The notes below the pieces were generated by a model. It had not been told where the DNA came from. It worked only from the letters and a program-made list of their open reading frames with translations, and made no database searches. A DNA stretch of 64,000 bases, from NCBI RefSeq assembly GCF_009914755.1, contig NC_060925.1; one strand, written 5' to 3'. A program made the position numbers and the translations under genes. The stretch comes from the human T2T-CHM13v2.0 reference genome, Homo sapiens. Below are positions 29,811-44,603 of this stretch, one piece after another. The stretch's first letter is position 1; every line of letters starts with the position of its first letter.

Positions 29811-32800
29811 TAGCCATTATTCTTTTAGCACTTCATATGCAGATACATATGTATACCTGTTAGTACATTGTCTGCATTACATGATGAAATTCTGCAGTAG
29901 TAACTTGATGTAGACATTGGGTATATATAATATAAAAACTCAAGTTGTGTTTATTTCAAATGCTGTCCTTTTTAATTAAAATTTAAATTTTAGTGTTTAG
30001 ATTTTATTTGAGAGGCTGGAAATATAAGAAAATGAAAATCACATTTAGTATATTTTTCAAGAAAAGAGTTCAGTTTATGAATTTTGGGTGTCCCAGCTCC
30101 AACTGAACTTCTGAAACATACTAGAAAAAATTTGCTTCAGTAATAATACATGTTTTTATTTCTGTAGCCTATGAGGTAATGTCTTAGAAAAAAAGAAAAA
30201 GTTTTGCAAATTATTTCCACTTTTTGACCATCAAATTTATTACTAAAACAAGAGGCTAATAATTTCTTACTGTTCTTTCTGTGGATTAAAATAAGAAAAT
30301 ATTCAGACTTCTTAGATGAGACATCTCATTCACAGACTTTGGTAACTGACAGATTGAAGTTAAGGTTTCTAATTTTCTGTATTTTATATTTTTGTACTGT
30401 AATTATAATTGGATTTTAGGGTGAGTTTTTAATAATAAAGAGATGATAAAATTTATGCTAGTTTATCATGTTTATTCAGTGTTTTTCATTTAGATTACTT
30501 TCAAATGTTTGTAGTGATCAATAAAAAGGTAACATAAATAATGGGTCATTCCAAATTATTTGAATAGAAAATTTTTGATAAACTAAAAATGAATTACAAA
30601 TTGAATTTTGTCACTAATCCAAATTTAGGTTAACAAAAATTTACTTTTGTTTATATTCTTGTTCCAAATCTTATAAAATGCCATTAATTATTTTCAAAAC
30701 ATGGGAAGTAGTGTATGCTAAATATAATGTTTATATTTTATAATTGAGTACCTTGGAGTACTTTAGTCATTTTGAACATCAGCTCTTTCTTTTTTTTTTT
30801 TTTTTTTTTTAAGAGACAGGACCGGAGAGTCTCTCTCTCTCTTTTTTTTTTTTTAAGAGACCCTTGCTCAGGCTGGAGTGCAATGGTACAGTCATACATA
30901 GCTCACTGAAGCCTTGAACTCCTGAGGTCAAGTTATCTTCCTGCCTCAGCAATTCTTGTTATACGTAATATAGACTAAAGCGCCTGCTCTAGAAATTTAT
31001 CTTCAAAAATGAAACAAAATAGAACAAAGGTTGTGATTTTAGTTTATCTAAAATGTGGAGTTTCCTTCCTCTTGCCACCAGATCAGAGAAAAAATTTTGT
31101 AATGATATAAGTTGATTGAGATTTTTTATGGCATTTTGCGTAGGAATATATATTGCACAACTAGGCAGTTATCCACATTTATTATCCCTGAACTTTGAAT
31201 TATAATTTTACATATGATGAGGCTGGCTAAACTTTAATGGTATTTTTTATTTTAGAAACCTAGTAAATACATATTTACATTTGTAATTACTTGCTGTAAT
31301 CTTACATTGAATCAGTTGTATTCTGTTTCGTGTATTGTGTCCCCCCCCCCTTTTTTTAATAAAGGAAGCACTGTGACTGTTTTTATTTTAAAGACTTTTT
31401 TTTTTTTTTTAAGAGCAGATTTAGGTTGTCCCCTTCTGCCACACATGCATTGCCTCCTCCATTATCAACATCCCTCCACCATAATGGTAGATAGTTATAA
31501 TTGATGAAGCTACATCAATACATCATTATCATCCAAAGCTGTGACTTCTTTTAGTAATAAAAAGAAGTTTCAAAAATATTACACTTTTGGAGATAATATC
31601 CTGTCATACTGAAAAGCCAAAATGTAACATTCATGTATCATATTTTTTTCTTAGTTGAATACGGTATAGGATTGTTATGAAGAGAAGATAAAACTTTTGA
31701 ATCATTTTAGAAGATAATGGTAGTATTACATTGTTTCCTTATGTAGTTTTTGTACTTCTTTTGGCTTGGTACCTAATGATTATCATATAGATTGAGTGTA
31801 GCTGTTTGAGGAACTACTATGTTTTGGATTATTTTCTTTGAGATAGTAAAAATACTTAACATTTGAAACCATGATAAACTTTCTTAAGGTTTTTATGTAA
31901 AATGAAGTCTCATCTGTTGTATCAGATTGTTTTGGGGAGTTTAAAATGAGATATTAGTACTTTTTGTAATCGCTTATTGTCATTTGTGTTTGATTCTTAA
32001 AGTTATTTGAAATCCTAGTTCTGTAATAACCACTCTTCTGTGGTCTTAAATTTTAGAAACCCTGAGGTTGATACCAGAATAATTTATGGAGTGCTACTTC
32101 ACTTCTGAGGGAGGTAGGGAGAAAAGCAAAGATGAAACTCAAGAAATACTGTGGTAGAAATGATACTAGAGGAAAATATACAATAGAGGTGGAATAATAT
32201 TTATAAGTGGAAATTATAAGAAATCTGAACAAAAATTCCTTGGGGCTTAGAGTGTTATAATTAGCATATAGTATGGTGGTTAGCAACAAATTACCTAAGT
32301 TGTTGGGATACTTAAGCCCAGGTGGCTTGGAACTTAATATTGGTAGTTGAAAGGAAGAGTTATACTGTAAGTATTAGTGTGAGATTAGTATCTGGAGAGG
32401 GGGGAGCAAAAAAAAAATATTCTTTTGGAGATTTATATAATAAACCTCATGGTCAGATGGAAGGTGTAGAATATGATGCTCTTCTAATGTAGATTATCTG
32501 ATTTACACTATAATGGTTGTACTTTTAGTTTGCAAAACACTGAAAGAGGGAAGTCTTTGGCACTTTTATGGTAGCTAAAATATGCAGTTCTATGCAGAGT
32601 AGTCATGGAGTGCTGAAGGAACTTAGTAGATAAAATTTCTGAGAAACGGTAGGGAGTAAATACCAAAAGAAAGTAGAGTTCATTGCGATCGTCAGAAAGT
32701 AAAAAAGTGGGTTTTAGAAATTAGGAAGTTAGTTTTGCTGTTGACTCAGCAAATTTTCAGATTTTTCAGATATATGGTTTGTGAAGATTTAAAAGGCAAT

Positions 32801-34559
32801 AAGGAAAATCTCTTATTAGAATAAGTCATGTATACCCTTGGTTTCTTTTTTGATATGATTAGCAACGCTGGTTTGTCAGTGTTTTGTTTTTTTTTTTTTT
32901 TTTATGGTTAGCAAACACTGGTTTGGGCATGATATAGACATAGTATAACTTGATTTCAGATGAGATATTAAAATGTGAACTGGTTAAAATGAAAATTAAA
33001 TGGATTTGTAACTAATGGAAAAACAGTAACAAAGTCGGTGCTTTGGAAACATTCTTGAGGGAGACTCTAATGGAGGGCCATAGGGGTTCTGTCTTTGTCT
33101 CTACCTTCAATTCTAGAAGGATGACAGAATCAAGAGAAAAGATCTGGAACATTGAGATGAAAACAAGATCAATTAACAGCAGTTATAAAATTCTGCTTTA
33201 GCCATAAACACAAACAGTACATGGGTATGATAGGGGATACTCAATTTGATAGCAGTTCATCTGATAAGATTTCACAGTTGGGGTGGGGAGGGGGGACCAG
33301 GAAGAAGACAGAGTTAGTCAGAAGCTTAATATGAAGTAACCATGTGATATAGCTATTAAACATTTTAACCTAATCTTATAATTAGACATAATAATTGCAT
33401 TCAGATATTTGAAGAGCTGTCTTGTAAAAGAAGGAATGAAAGAGCTCTGGGGAGGAAGATTTTGCCTACTTATGGAATGGGCTTTTTTAGTTGGTGCCTT
33501 ATCAGCTTTTATCAGTGGCACTAATTAAGCCAAGGTCGAATAAATATCTGTACTGTAAAAGAGACTGCAATATTGGTGGAAGGCTGAATTGGATCTAGGG
33601 TCTCATTCAAGCTTTAAAGTCTGATTCTATTATTCCTCCTTTAAAATTGAAATTCTCTATCATTAGACCCTTCAGAAATTACAGTAGGAGTTGGTGGTTT
33701 GATATAGGGGAATGAGTACCTAACTCGTATTTAACATGTTTTTTTTTTTAGCACTCAGCATATTGGCACAGAGTGGGCTCTCAGTGAGTGTAGAATGAAT
33801 GGGCTTATCACTTGAGTTCAGGTTCTAGCTCTCTCACCAACTAGACAGGTGAATTTGAGCAGTTTTAACCTTTATATTTGTTAACTCGTGTAAAATAGAA
33901 TTGGAGTAGATGACTTACAAGTTTTTTCTAGCTCCAGCATTCTATTTGGCAGATTTGTTTTCTCTCTCACTTAAAGCAGTTCTGAGGCTTGGGAGTTTCA
34001 ACTGGTAAAGAACATACTGGCTGTAATTTTGAAAGTCAACTGTGATATTTTGGAAGCAGCTTTTTTTTTTTAAGGTGTTTGTAGCATTAATTCAGGATGG
34101 TCCTTTTGTAATTTAAGATTTCTTTGCTAATATGCCTTAGTCAAGAAGAGGCAGAAAGGTCTCTGAGAAAAAGCCCTATTGGAACAAAATAGGGTTTTTT
34201 TCTAGAATTAAATATTTAGATTTTAAAACAGTTTGTTATGATGAAAAATTATTGAGCCATTTAGAGCTGGCTAAAGTCTATAATTGTTATGAAAAGATCT
34301 CTCAATTTTACAGTATTCTAAAAAATTATAGAGATTATCGGTTTATGCTTAATGTTAGAGGTACTGGAAAATGGTATGTTTCTTACTACTTTTTGTACTT
34401 CCTATTGATATCTGTTAGGAACTTTTATAGTAAATATTAAAATAATTCTAATGTATTATTTCCCTAGGTTAAAGAATTTTTGAAAAATTTAATAACTAAT
34501 AATACAGTCCCATTTTTGTGGTGTTTTACAGTTTGTAGTTCCTTCATAAACATATCGTT

Positions 34560-34740
34560 GGATTAATGTAATGAACAAGTAACTAGTGTAGGATTTAAAC
34601 TTCATTTTTTATAAGTGAGAAAATAAGCCTTGAGAGGTTAAATGGCCCTAGGTCACATAATAGTCAGTGAGGACTTGGAATTAGAACTTAGATCTTCTGA
34701 CTACCAATCAGTACACTTTTCCTCTGCATCACATTGCCTC
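34560..34740. mobile_element. MIR remnant just upstream of exon 10
   Basis: gagaggttaaatggccctaggtcaca...gaattagaacttagatcttctgact matches the MIR core. Similar MIRs lie near 21280-21470, 26430-26650 and 43420-43570. Confidence 0.6.
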
Positions 34741-34809
34741 TATCTAGCACCTGTATATTACTAATTGATGAAATTGTAGTGCGTTAAATTGTTTCTTGAT
34801 ACTTCACAG

Positions 34810-34877
34810 CTGGCAGACACACCAAAATCTGAAAGATATGAGCATGTTCTGGAGGCATTAAATGATTACAAGACCAT
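34810..34877 (+). CDS. MTF2: MTF2 exon 10 (EH domain)
   Basis: ttcacag|CTG GCA... encodes [22 protein letters not shown]. Donor AT|GTAAGT. 68 nt. Confidence 0.97.
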
Positions 34878-35829
34878 GTAAGTTGATTTATTTTATGTAT
34901 CCCTATGAGGGAGACATTTAGTAAGTATAAGGAATAATGGCATTGTTTAAGAATTGTGGGATTGATGTACAGAAGAAGTCTATACCATTTTAAACTTTAT
35001 AATGTCCTATTCTATTTTAGTTAGATTAAAGCAGTGATTCTCAAGGATTGGAGGAGGGAGGAGTAATCCTTCTCCTGGGAATGGTGGGTGGGAGACATAT
35101 CGGTATCTCTGGGAGAATTTAGCCTGTTCCATTGAAAAAGCATATTCAGTAATAACTTCCTTCTATAATGTAATGTACTGAAAGTAAAATAAAATCTTGT
35201 TAGCTGGTGGGAATATTCAAAAGATAGAGAATATTGTAGGGAATACGGGTTTTTAAAAAGATTGAGATCTGTGGTTATAATAGTTAACACCATTAGTTAC
35301 AGAAAATAATATTTCTAGCTGAGTAGTCTAAGATAATTAAGTGATATTATTTGATATATTCTCATACAGATCTACAGGTCTTCCCCCTACCTTATTTTTA
35401 CTTTTTTTTTTAACTCACCACTATACTAACAAGGATTCCCTTCTTTTTAAAACAATGTATCTACATTTCTTAGAAACATTTTTAAATGCAACAAATTTTA
35501 TAAATGTATGTGTTGACTCCAGTGAAATTTTATATTATAAAATTTTTGTTGGCAATAAGTTGGTGTTTTGAAATTGATAGTATTTCTTCATTAAATAATG
35601 TAATTACCAGTGGCTGGATCTTTACACCAGCTCAAAAAGCCATGAGGTACCTGATATGACCTTGAAGTATAATAAAAAGGAAAAAAGACTGTAAAAAAGT
35701 CATAAGGTACCTGAGCAGTTATTGTGCTGGTAAAAATGTTTCATGGGACAGTGAATTCTGAATTTCAGTTTAGGGTACCAGAAATATATCTGTTCCTGTT
35801 ATGGTAGTAATGAGGGATCCCCTTTCTTA

Positions 35830-36150
<321 letters not shown>

Positions 36151-36854
36151 ATTAAAAAGAGAGGGAGAACATTCTAAACAACTGATGGAGGTTCTTGTGG
36201 CCAGGCAAGTTTCAGTAGAGCTGAGGTAGATGGAGTTGCTTGGGAATAAGGACCATAGAGACTAAAAGAAAGGTCTAAGGAGCATATTTTGCAGAGGCCC
36301 AAGTCCATAATAAACTGGAATAACCCTTCTTTGCCCCAGGTTATTTCCATTTCCAGATCCGGCACTCTAGATACTCCTTTTATTTTCTGGGCCTCTAGGA
36401 TTTATCTCCTGCTTTCTTTTTCAATGCTGTCACCTATTATTTCTGACTAAGGTTTTTCTCTTTATAAATCCACTCTGAGATGGAATTCTTTTTTCCCTAA
36501 ATCCCTTTTGAAATATTTCTAACAGATGACACTAAATATGGGAAAGCATATTGGGACCAAAAATATACCATTCTTTGTTCTTCTTTCTTCCTTTAAAAAG
36601 TTAGTTGCCATGTTTAAAAAGAAAAGTGGACATGTGCTCTTCTCCTTTCTGGTCCTATCCCTTCCTCCCCATCATATCCTACTGTAGACTGGCTCTGGGG
36701 CAGATAAAAATCAAGGAAAGCAAGGGGAAGTGAATTTTTGTAGTATTGGGTGGGCTTTCAAGTATAAGGGCCTTATATATGAAAGTTAAGTTAGGGTCTA
36801 CTATGTATATGTGTTCAGTTTTTAAAATTTTAGTTAATTTTTTTAAAAATTTAG

Positions 36855-37025
36855 GTTTATGTCTGGGAAAGAAATAAAGAAGAAGAAGCATTTGTTTGGG
36901 TTGCGAATTCGTGTTCCTCCTGTGCCACCAAATGTGGCTTTCAAAGCAGAGAAAGAACCTGAAGGAACATCTCATGAATTTAAAATTAAAGGCAGAAAGG
37001 CATCCAAACCTATATCTGATTCAAG
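36855..37025 (+). CDS. MTF2: MTF2 exon 11 (EH wing with KKKK motif)
   Basis: atttag|G TTT ATG... encodes [25 protein letters not shown]...SKPISDS. Donor AG|GTAAAA. 171 nt. Confidence 0.96.
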
Positions 37026-37343
37026 GTAAAAGTTGATCTGTGGCTTAGTTTTTCTCTTTAGCTTATTTGTAACTAAAAATGTATGTTATTTAGTCTCCTT
37101 AGTATATTTGAAAGTACAAGTGGCAGTTACTCTGATTTTTTTTTTTTTTTTTTTTGGTCTATCATATCTTGCTTAGACAAGGTATGAAGAGTTGATGCCA
37201 GATGCTTGTTTATTTATTTTAGGACTTTGGCCTTCCAGAAATAGACTCTATTGATTTTGTTAGCAAACAGCTTAAGAGTACTAGCCTGTTTGTTTGTTCA
37301 CTTTTCATTGATTGATTGATTGATTCATTCATTCATTCAGCAC

Positions 37344-37391
37344 AGTTTTCAAGTGCCTTATTATCTAAGTTTTCAAGTGCCTTATTATCTA
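37344..37391. repeat. Perfect 24-bp tandem duplication
   Basis: agttttcaagtgccttattatcta x2. Confidence 0.95.
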
Positions 37392-37856
37392 AGTGCTAGG
37401 CAGTACAATGACAGATAGATTTTTCTTCTGCCCTGATGGGGTTTACAAAGGTGATAAGTAAAATAGTTACAGATTATGCTAGTGCCATGTAGGATAGCAT
37501 ACTGTTTTAGACTTTACTGTGGATAGAGATGGGGCCTTTGTACTTTAACAATGTGGCTTAAGGAAGGACTATTTAAGATAATATTTAAATTAAGACTTAA
37601 AGAATGAGAATGTTATAACAATGTGAAAAACAAAGGGAAAAACTACTCCAGCTAGCAGAAACAGCAAGTGCAAAGGCTTTGAAACATATTCTAAGAACTC
37701 ACAGAAGACTGGTGTGGTATAAATGAGGATGAGAGAGTAGCATCAGGTATTGGAAAGATTAGGTGGGGCTTGATCCTGTGTAGGGTCTTGTAGGTCTTAC
37801 AAGGAATTTGGGTTGTTTTCTAAGAATAATGGGGAGGCATGTAAGGGATTTAATTA

Positions 37857-38353
<497 letters not shown>

Positions 38354-38523
38354 CTAATGAATTAAATTTCTGAAAATAAGGAATCAATTAAATAATGCCC
38401 AGATTTCTGGCCTGAGCAACTGGTGGGTGGTTAATCAAGATCTGGAAGAACAGATTTTGGTATGGTGAATGAAGCATTCTTCTGTTTCATATTCATTGAA
38501 TTTGAGATTCTTATGAGGGACAA

Positions 38524-38547
38524 ACACACACACACACACACACACAC
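38524..38547. repeat. (CA)n microsatellite
   Basis: About 12 AC units. Confidence 0.9.
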
Positions 38548-39490
38548 CCTCATACACACAGGATGATGTGAAATACAGGCAATTGGATGTGTAATTCAGG
38601 AGCTCATAGGAGAGGTCTGGGCAGGTGATACAAATTTGGAATCTGATTGATAAAAGCTATGAGAATGAGTGAAATTACCAAGGGAGCAAGTAGAGAGAGA
38701 AGAGAGGGTGGTCTGGGATCATGTCCTGATATCATTTATAAATTTGGAAGAGGTGAAATAAGCAAGGAGACTAAAAAAGAATGATCAGTGAGATGGGAGG
38801 AAACCAGGAAGTTTGATGTCATGACAACCAAAAGAAAGGTAGTGTTTCAAGAGAGATAGGTATATTAAAGTGTATTGAATGCTAGTGAGAGGTAGATTAA
38901 AATGAAAGAAAAATATTTATTGCATAAGGTATCATTTTGTTATTAGTGACCTTGACAAAAGGAATTTCTTTGAAGTGGTACAGATAGAAACCAGATAGGA
39001 CTGGGTGAAAGTATGACTGAACCCAGCATTGCCAAATTTACGTGTCAAACTGGGCTTCTCCTGCGTATCAGGGACACAGGCAGATTCAAAATAATAACAG
39101 TAGTAAAGGAAAGGAGGAAAATAGGAAACTATCTTTAAGGATCCTGAATGAGAGGGGAGAAAATGGAAAGGGTATATGTCATCAACACCTAGAAGCTTTC
39201 CTATGTAGGGAGGCCGACAAATGGAATGGCAGCTGAAGAGGGGGATAGGACTAGTCAAATGATGGTTTTTTAAAATAGATGGGAGATAGTTGGAACCTGT
39301 TTTTGTGTGTAAGTAGGAATGATCCAGTGGAGAAGAGGAAATTGGTATAGGAGAGTAGAAGCCAAAAGAGAAGGGATGTAGAGCCTGAATGTGGGACTGG
39401 CCTTTTCTAGAAGGAGAAGCATCCTTCTGTTGAAATGGGGTGAAAGAGAAGATGGGTACAGATGCCAGTTCTGTTGTAGATTGGGCAGTT

Positions 39491-39760
39491 GGAAATTGAC
39501 CGAAGTTCTTGCCTGGTAGCCTCCATTTTCTCGATGAAATATAAGGTAAAGATAGCTGAGAGACTTGTACAGAGAGGGGAATTTAAGGGTCAATTAAGGG
39601 TATGGAATAGTCATCTTGGAGATAAGGAAATTGACTGAAGTTCTTGCCTGGTAGCCTCCATTTTCTCGATGAAATATAAGGTAAAGATAGCTGAGAGGCT
39701 TGTACAGAGAGGGGAATTTAAGGGTCAGTTAAAGGTATGGAATAGTCATCTTGGAGATAA
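39491..39760. repeat. 135-bp tandem duplication
   Basis: Units 39491-39625 and 39626-39760, 4 mismatches. Confidence 0.95.
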
Positions 39761-41279
39761 GGAAAATGTCATTACAAAGCCTTGACAATGAGTCCAGTTA
39801 TATGAAGTTTGTAAGAAATTAGCTACTAATTAAGTTTTCTTTGAATGAAGGAAAGAATGCTTATTCTATCACTTTCAGATTTTGTCACTCAGATCCTTTG
39901 CTAGCAGTTGCCCATATTATGAATCAGAAAAAAAAATTCCACAAGCTTTTTCATTTCTATCATGATTGTGATAGGATATTCCCTTTGTGGTAGCTATCAG
40001 GTCATCTGATGCCACCAGATAAGGATTCAGCTGCTTTCTTTAAAGGCATCCTCAGTTCCTTCTGGACCTTGTGTATAAGTTGTTCCTTTTAGTTTGAGAT
40101 TACTTTCTTTAGTCCAGGAGTCCTTTATAAATATTATGTTGATCATTTTACAAAAGAAATGGATATCCCATCCATCTTATTCTTGAGACTTTTGATTATA
40201 GCGTCTGGTTCTACTTTGTCCTTCTAGTTCCCCTACTTTCTCCTTCCTCATACTTCCACCTTTATTCCCTGACCTTTTTTGGCATCTGGAGGGATAAGTT
40301 TTTTTCCTACTTTCTCCATTCATCTCTTTCTAGGCTATTGTATAGTGTTCTTTTTTCTCTCCTTAATTGAAGTCTCCTGGACAATTTCCTCATAGCCCTC
40401 ACTCCATTTTATTAGCTTGGCTTGTATACACATTTGTCACTTTCTAACTATATTGTGAACTCTTTAGCACAGGGAACACCTTTGTATCCATATTATCTAA
40501 TATCATCTTTATATGGTAGCTATTGCTGAGTAAATGAAATAGATATTCTTTCTATATATATATTTTCTTTTTTTCTATAATTAGTGTCTTTGCCTATTGC
40601 ACTTTTTTCCTTCCTATTGCTTGGTATTTGGCTTTATGTTTAAAAAATGGTTTTCTAGGTCTTTCTGATTTTTCCTTTTGAATGACTCCCTGAGAATATG
40701 AAGGATTTCTTACTCCTTTCTCCTTTACATTCTGCCACTCTGGGCTTCATTCTCTTTCTGATAGTGTCATTCAAGAATCTACATATATATCTAAAGGCAG
40801 CCTTTATGACTACTACAATGTTAACATAGATATTTCCTGACTCCATGAAGTTAACTGCTAAATTCATAGTCATTTTTAGTAGTAAATCCTTGAAACATCC
40901 TCCAAGTTGTAACCACCTAAAATTAAACTATATAATTGAGCTTTTAGGAGTTTTGAAATCTTCCATCCAGTATAATTGTCTGGTTTTTGTTGTTGTTTTT
41001 AAATCTTTAAGTGGTATATATTGTTCAGAATTATATTAAAGAGGACTTTCTTTAAACCTTTCATAATGTAAATATCTTTAAAGTCAAGAAATATTTATTT
41101 GGATTAGAATATATTATCTGTGCACTTGACTAAACTTGTGGATTCAACTAATATTTACTTTTTATTACCATTAATATAAAATAATAAAATATATGTATAT
41201 GTGTCTAGTTACATACATAGAGTCAATGTCTTTGTTTTCTTTATGCAGAGATTAAATGCATAATGGTTTTCCATTTCAG

Positions 41280-41385
41280 GGAAGTAAGCAATGGCATAGA
41301 AAAAAAAGGAAAGAAAAAATCTGTAGGTCGTCCACCTGGCCCATATACAAGAAAAATGATTCAAAAAACTGCTGAGCCACTTTTG
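41280..41385 (+). CDS. MTF2: MTF2 exon 12 (Lys-rich region)
   Basis: tttcag|G GAA GTA... encodes [35 protein letters not shown]. Donor TTG|GTAAGA. 106 nt. Confidence 0.96.
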
Positions 41386-41504
41386 GTAAGAGGATATGTT
41401 GGTATATGTTCTCAAGAAGAAGGATGCATGAAATAACTGAGAAGCTAGTATTTTTTTCAGCTTACTTTAGAGACATGCTTTAAGTATATATTTTTATTTT
41501 CCAG

Positions 41505-41557
41505 GATAAGGAATCAATTTCAGAGAATCCTACTTTGGATTTACCTTGTTCTATAGG
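41505..41557 (+). CDS. MTF2: MTF2 exon 13
   Basis: ttccag|GAT AAG... encodes DKESISENPTLDLPCSI. Donor GG|GTAAAT. 53 nt. Confidence 0.95.
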
Positions 41558-41667
41558 GTAAATAGAAAGTTATTTTCTCCCTTTCTAGGTTTTGTCTTTT
41601 GAGTAGATATTAATATTTGTTTGTTATATAATATAGTCGTTACACAATTTAAATTCTTTTGTCTCAG

Positions 41668-41772
41668 GAGAACTGAGGGAACTGCACATTCATCCAATAC
41701 CTCAGATGTGGATTTCACGGGTGCTTCCAGTGCAAAAGAAACTACCTCGTCTAGCATTTCCAGGCATTATGG
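41668..41772 (+). CDS. MTF2: MTF2 exon 14
   Basis: tctcag|G AGA ACT... encodes [34 protein letters not shown]. Donor GG|GTAGAT. 105 nt. Confidence 0.95.
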
Positions 41773-42090
41773 GTAGATATTTTACATTCTTATTTTTTTT
41801 ACTTTTTTTACTCTAGATTTCTTTTCTTTGTAAAGTGTTGATTGAATAATTTTTTAGCAATTGAAAGTGATGTAAGTTGTGTCTATCAGCTTTTTGAGAG
41901 GTAATCCATATGTAGATCCCAATAGTTGTTAATATTCATTTGAAATATTTTTGCTTTCTAGAGTACAAATGTATTTTTCATGTTTGTGTGGAAATTTGCT
42001 GTGTACACAGAGAAAAAGTATACCATTGTTTAGAAGCTGTGCTCGTTAGGCTTTTTAATGCCTCTGCTACACAAGTGTTCTTTGCTTTAG

Positions 42091-42400
<310 letters not shown>

Positions 42401-42455
42401 AAGATTTGATTAAAAAAAAAAAAAAAATCAGACACCTAAATCCTTTTGTCCATAA

Positions 42456-43037
<582 letters not shown>

Positions 43038-43127
43038 TGAATAATCGACTTTTTTGGGGCCTCTTACTAGATACTCTGCTAAGCTTTTTACAAATATTGT
43101 CTTATTTAATTCTTAAAACAATTTTTT

Positions 43128-43400
43128 GGCTGGGTGTGGTGGCTTATGCCTATAATCCCAGCACTTTGGGAGGCCAAGGTGGGAAGATTGCTTGAGGCAA
43201 GAGTTTGAGATGAGACCCCATCCCTACAAAAGAAAAAAATTATCTGGGCGTGGTATTGGTGTCTGTAGTCCTAGATAATCAGGAAGCTGAGGCGGAGGAT
43301 TACTTGAGCCCAGGAGGTCAGGGCTCCTGTGAGCCATGATTGTGCCACTGCACTCCAGCCTGGGCAACAGAGTGAGACCTTGTCTCAAACAAACAAAAGA
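43128..43400 (+). mobile_element. AluJ
   Basis: TSD aacaatttttt. Confidence 0.88.
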
Positions 43401-44245
43401 GAACAATTTTTTGAGTTGTGTAAGTCCTGTTGTTCTCATTTTACAGATGAGGAAAGTGAGACTTAGGGGATTTTAAGTAACAAGCCCAACATTGCATGTT
43501 TAGCAAGTATAACAGAGCTGGGTTGTTAACTTATACAGTATGACTGTAGGTCTTTCAATTTAGTTGTTGTACTATATTCTCCTTTTATTATAAAATCATA
43601 AAATAATTGAATTTCTGTGCTGAAAAGGACCTCACACATTATCCAGTCTAACCCCTTCACTCATTAAGTTCATGAACATAGAGATTGAGATTTGAATTTG
43701 GCCAAGTAATAGAGTTAGGGATAGACCCAGGATACTCTGACTGCTAGTTTGTGCTTATTCTGATTCTGGTGTATTACTTCACTAGGCCTAGAACTGGTAA
43801 TAAGAGAACCTCTATTCTAGTTCCACTCTTTAAGGACATGGAGCAGTGTCATAGATGTAGTTTGTGCTCATTAATTATTTGTTCTAATGAACAAATGAAT
43901 GAGCTCTTTTAAATGATGTGATTATTGGCAATACCTGATTTATGAGTAGGGCCTCTTCGTAAGAATTTTCCTTGTTGGCCTCCTAAGTAAAAAAATTACC
44001 CTAAACTTACTAGTAGTTAAGGAAGAAAAGCTCCACAAAGTTCAGCTCCAAGAACGTGACAAAATCTAAAGTAATGAGCCCAAGTGATAGTCCATTTATA
44101 TAGCATTTATTGTTTGGGTTTGGCTCATTTTTATATCATCAAGGATATATGGTATAGTAGAGTAATCCAGAAAAGAGAACATATTGTATGGGCATAGGAT
44201 GCTAAAAAAGCTTAGTAGACAATTCTGGCCTTCTCTGTTACATAG

Positions 44246-44603
44246 ATTATCTGACTCCAGAAAAAGAACGCGTACAGGAAGATCTTGGCCTGCTGCAATA
44301 CCACATTTGCGGAGAAGAAGAGGTCGTCTTCCAAGAAGAGCACTCCAGACTCAGAACTCAGAAATTGTAAAAGATGATGAAGGCAAAGAAGATTATCAGT
44401 TTGATGAACTCAACACAGAGATTCTGAATAACTTAGCAGATCAGGAGTTACAACTCAATCATCTAAAGAACTCCATTACCAGTTATTTTGGTGCTGCAGG
44501 TAGAATAGCATGTGGCGAAAAATACCGAGTTTTGGCACGTCGGGTGACACTTGATGGAAAGGTGCAGTATCTTGTGGAATGGGAAGGAGCAACTGCATCC
44601 TGA
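44246..44603 (+). CDS. MTF2: MTF2 exon 15 coding part (C-terminal chromo-like PRC2-binding domain, stop TGA)
   Basis: acatag|A TTA TCT... encodes [11 protein letters not shown]...[39 protein letters not shown]. Matches the 3' part of ORF 44184..44603. Exon total plus 5 nt is 1782 nt, i.e. 593 aa + stop. Confidence 0.98.

Noticed and set aside
32853-32925. ~22-bp direct repeats around a poly-T tract, resembling a TSD-flanked insertion
   Set aside because: The poly-T position does not fit retrotransposition geometry. More likely a small tandem duplication with T expansion.
33280-33295. G-rich run as a G-quadruplex
   Set aside because: Only three clear G-tracts, so weak support.
44184-44245. 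In-frame intronic extension with ATG (44199) upstream of exon 15
   Set aside because: A short stop-free run is expected by chance, and there is no promoter evidence for an internal start.
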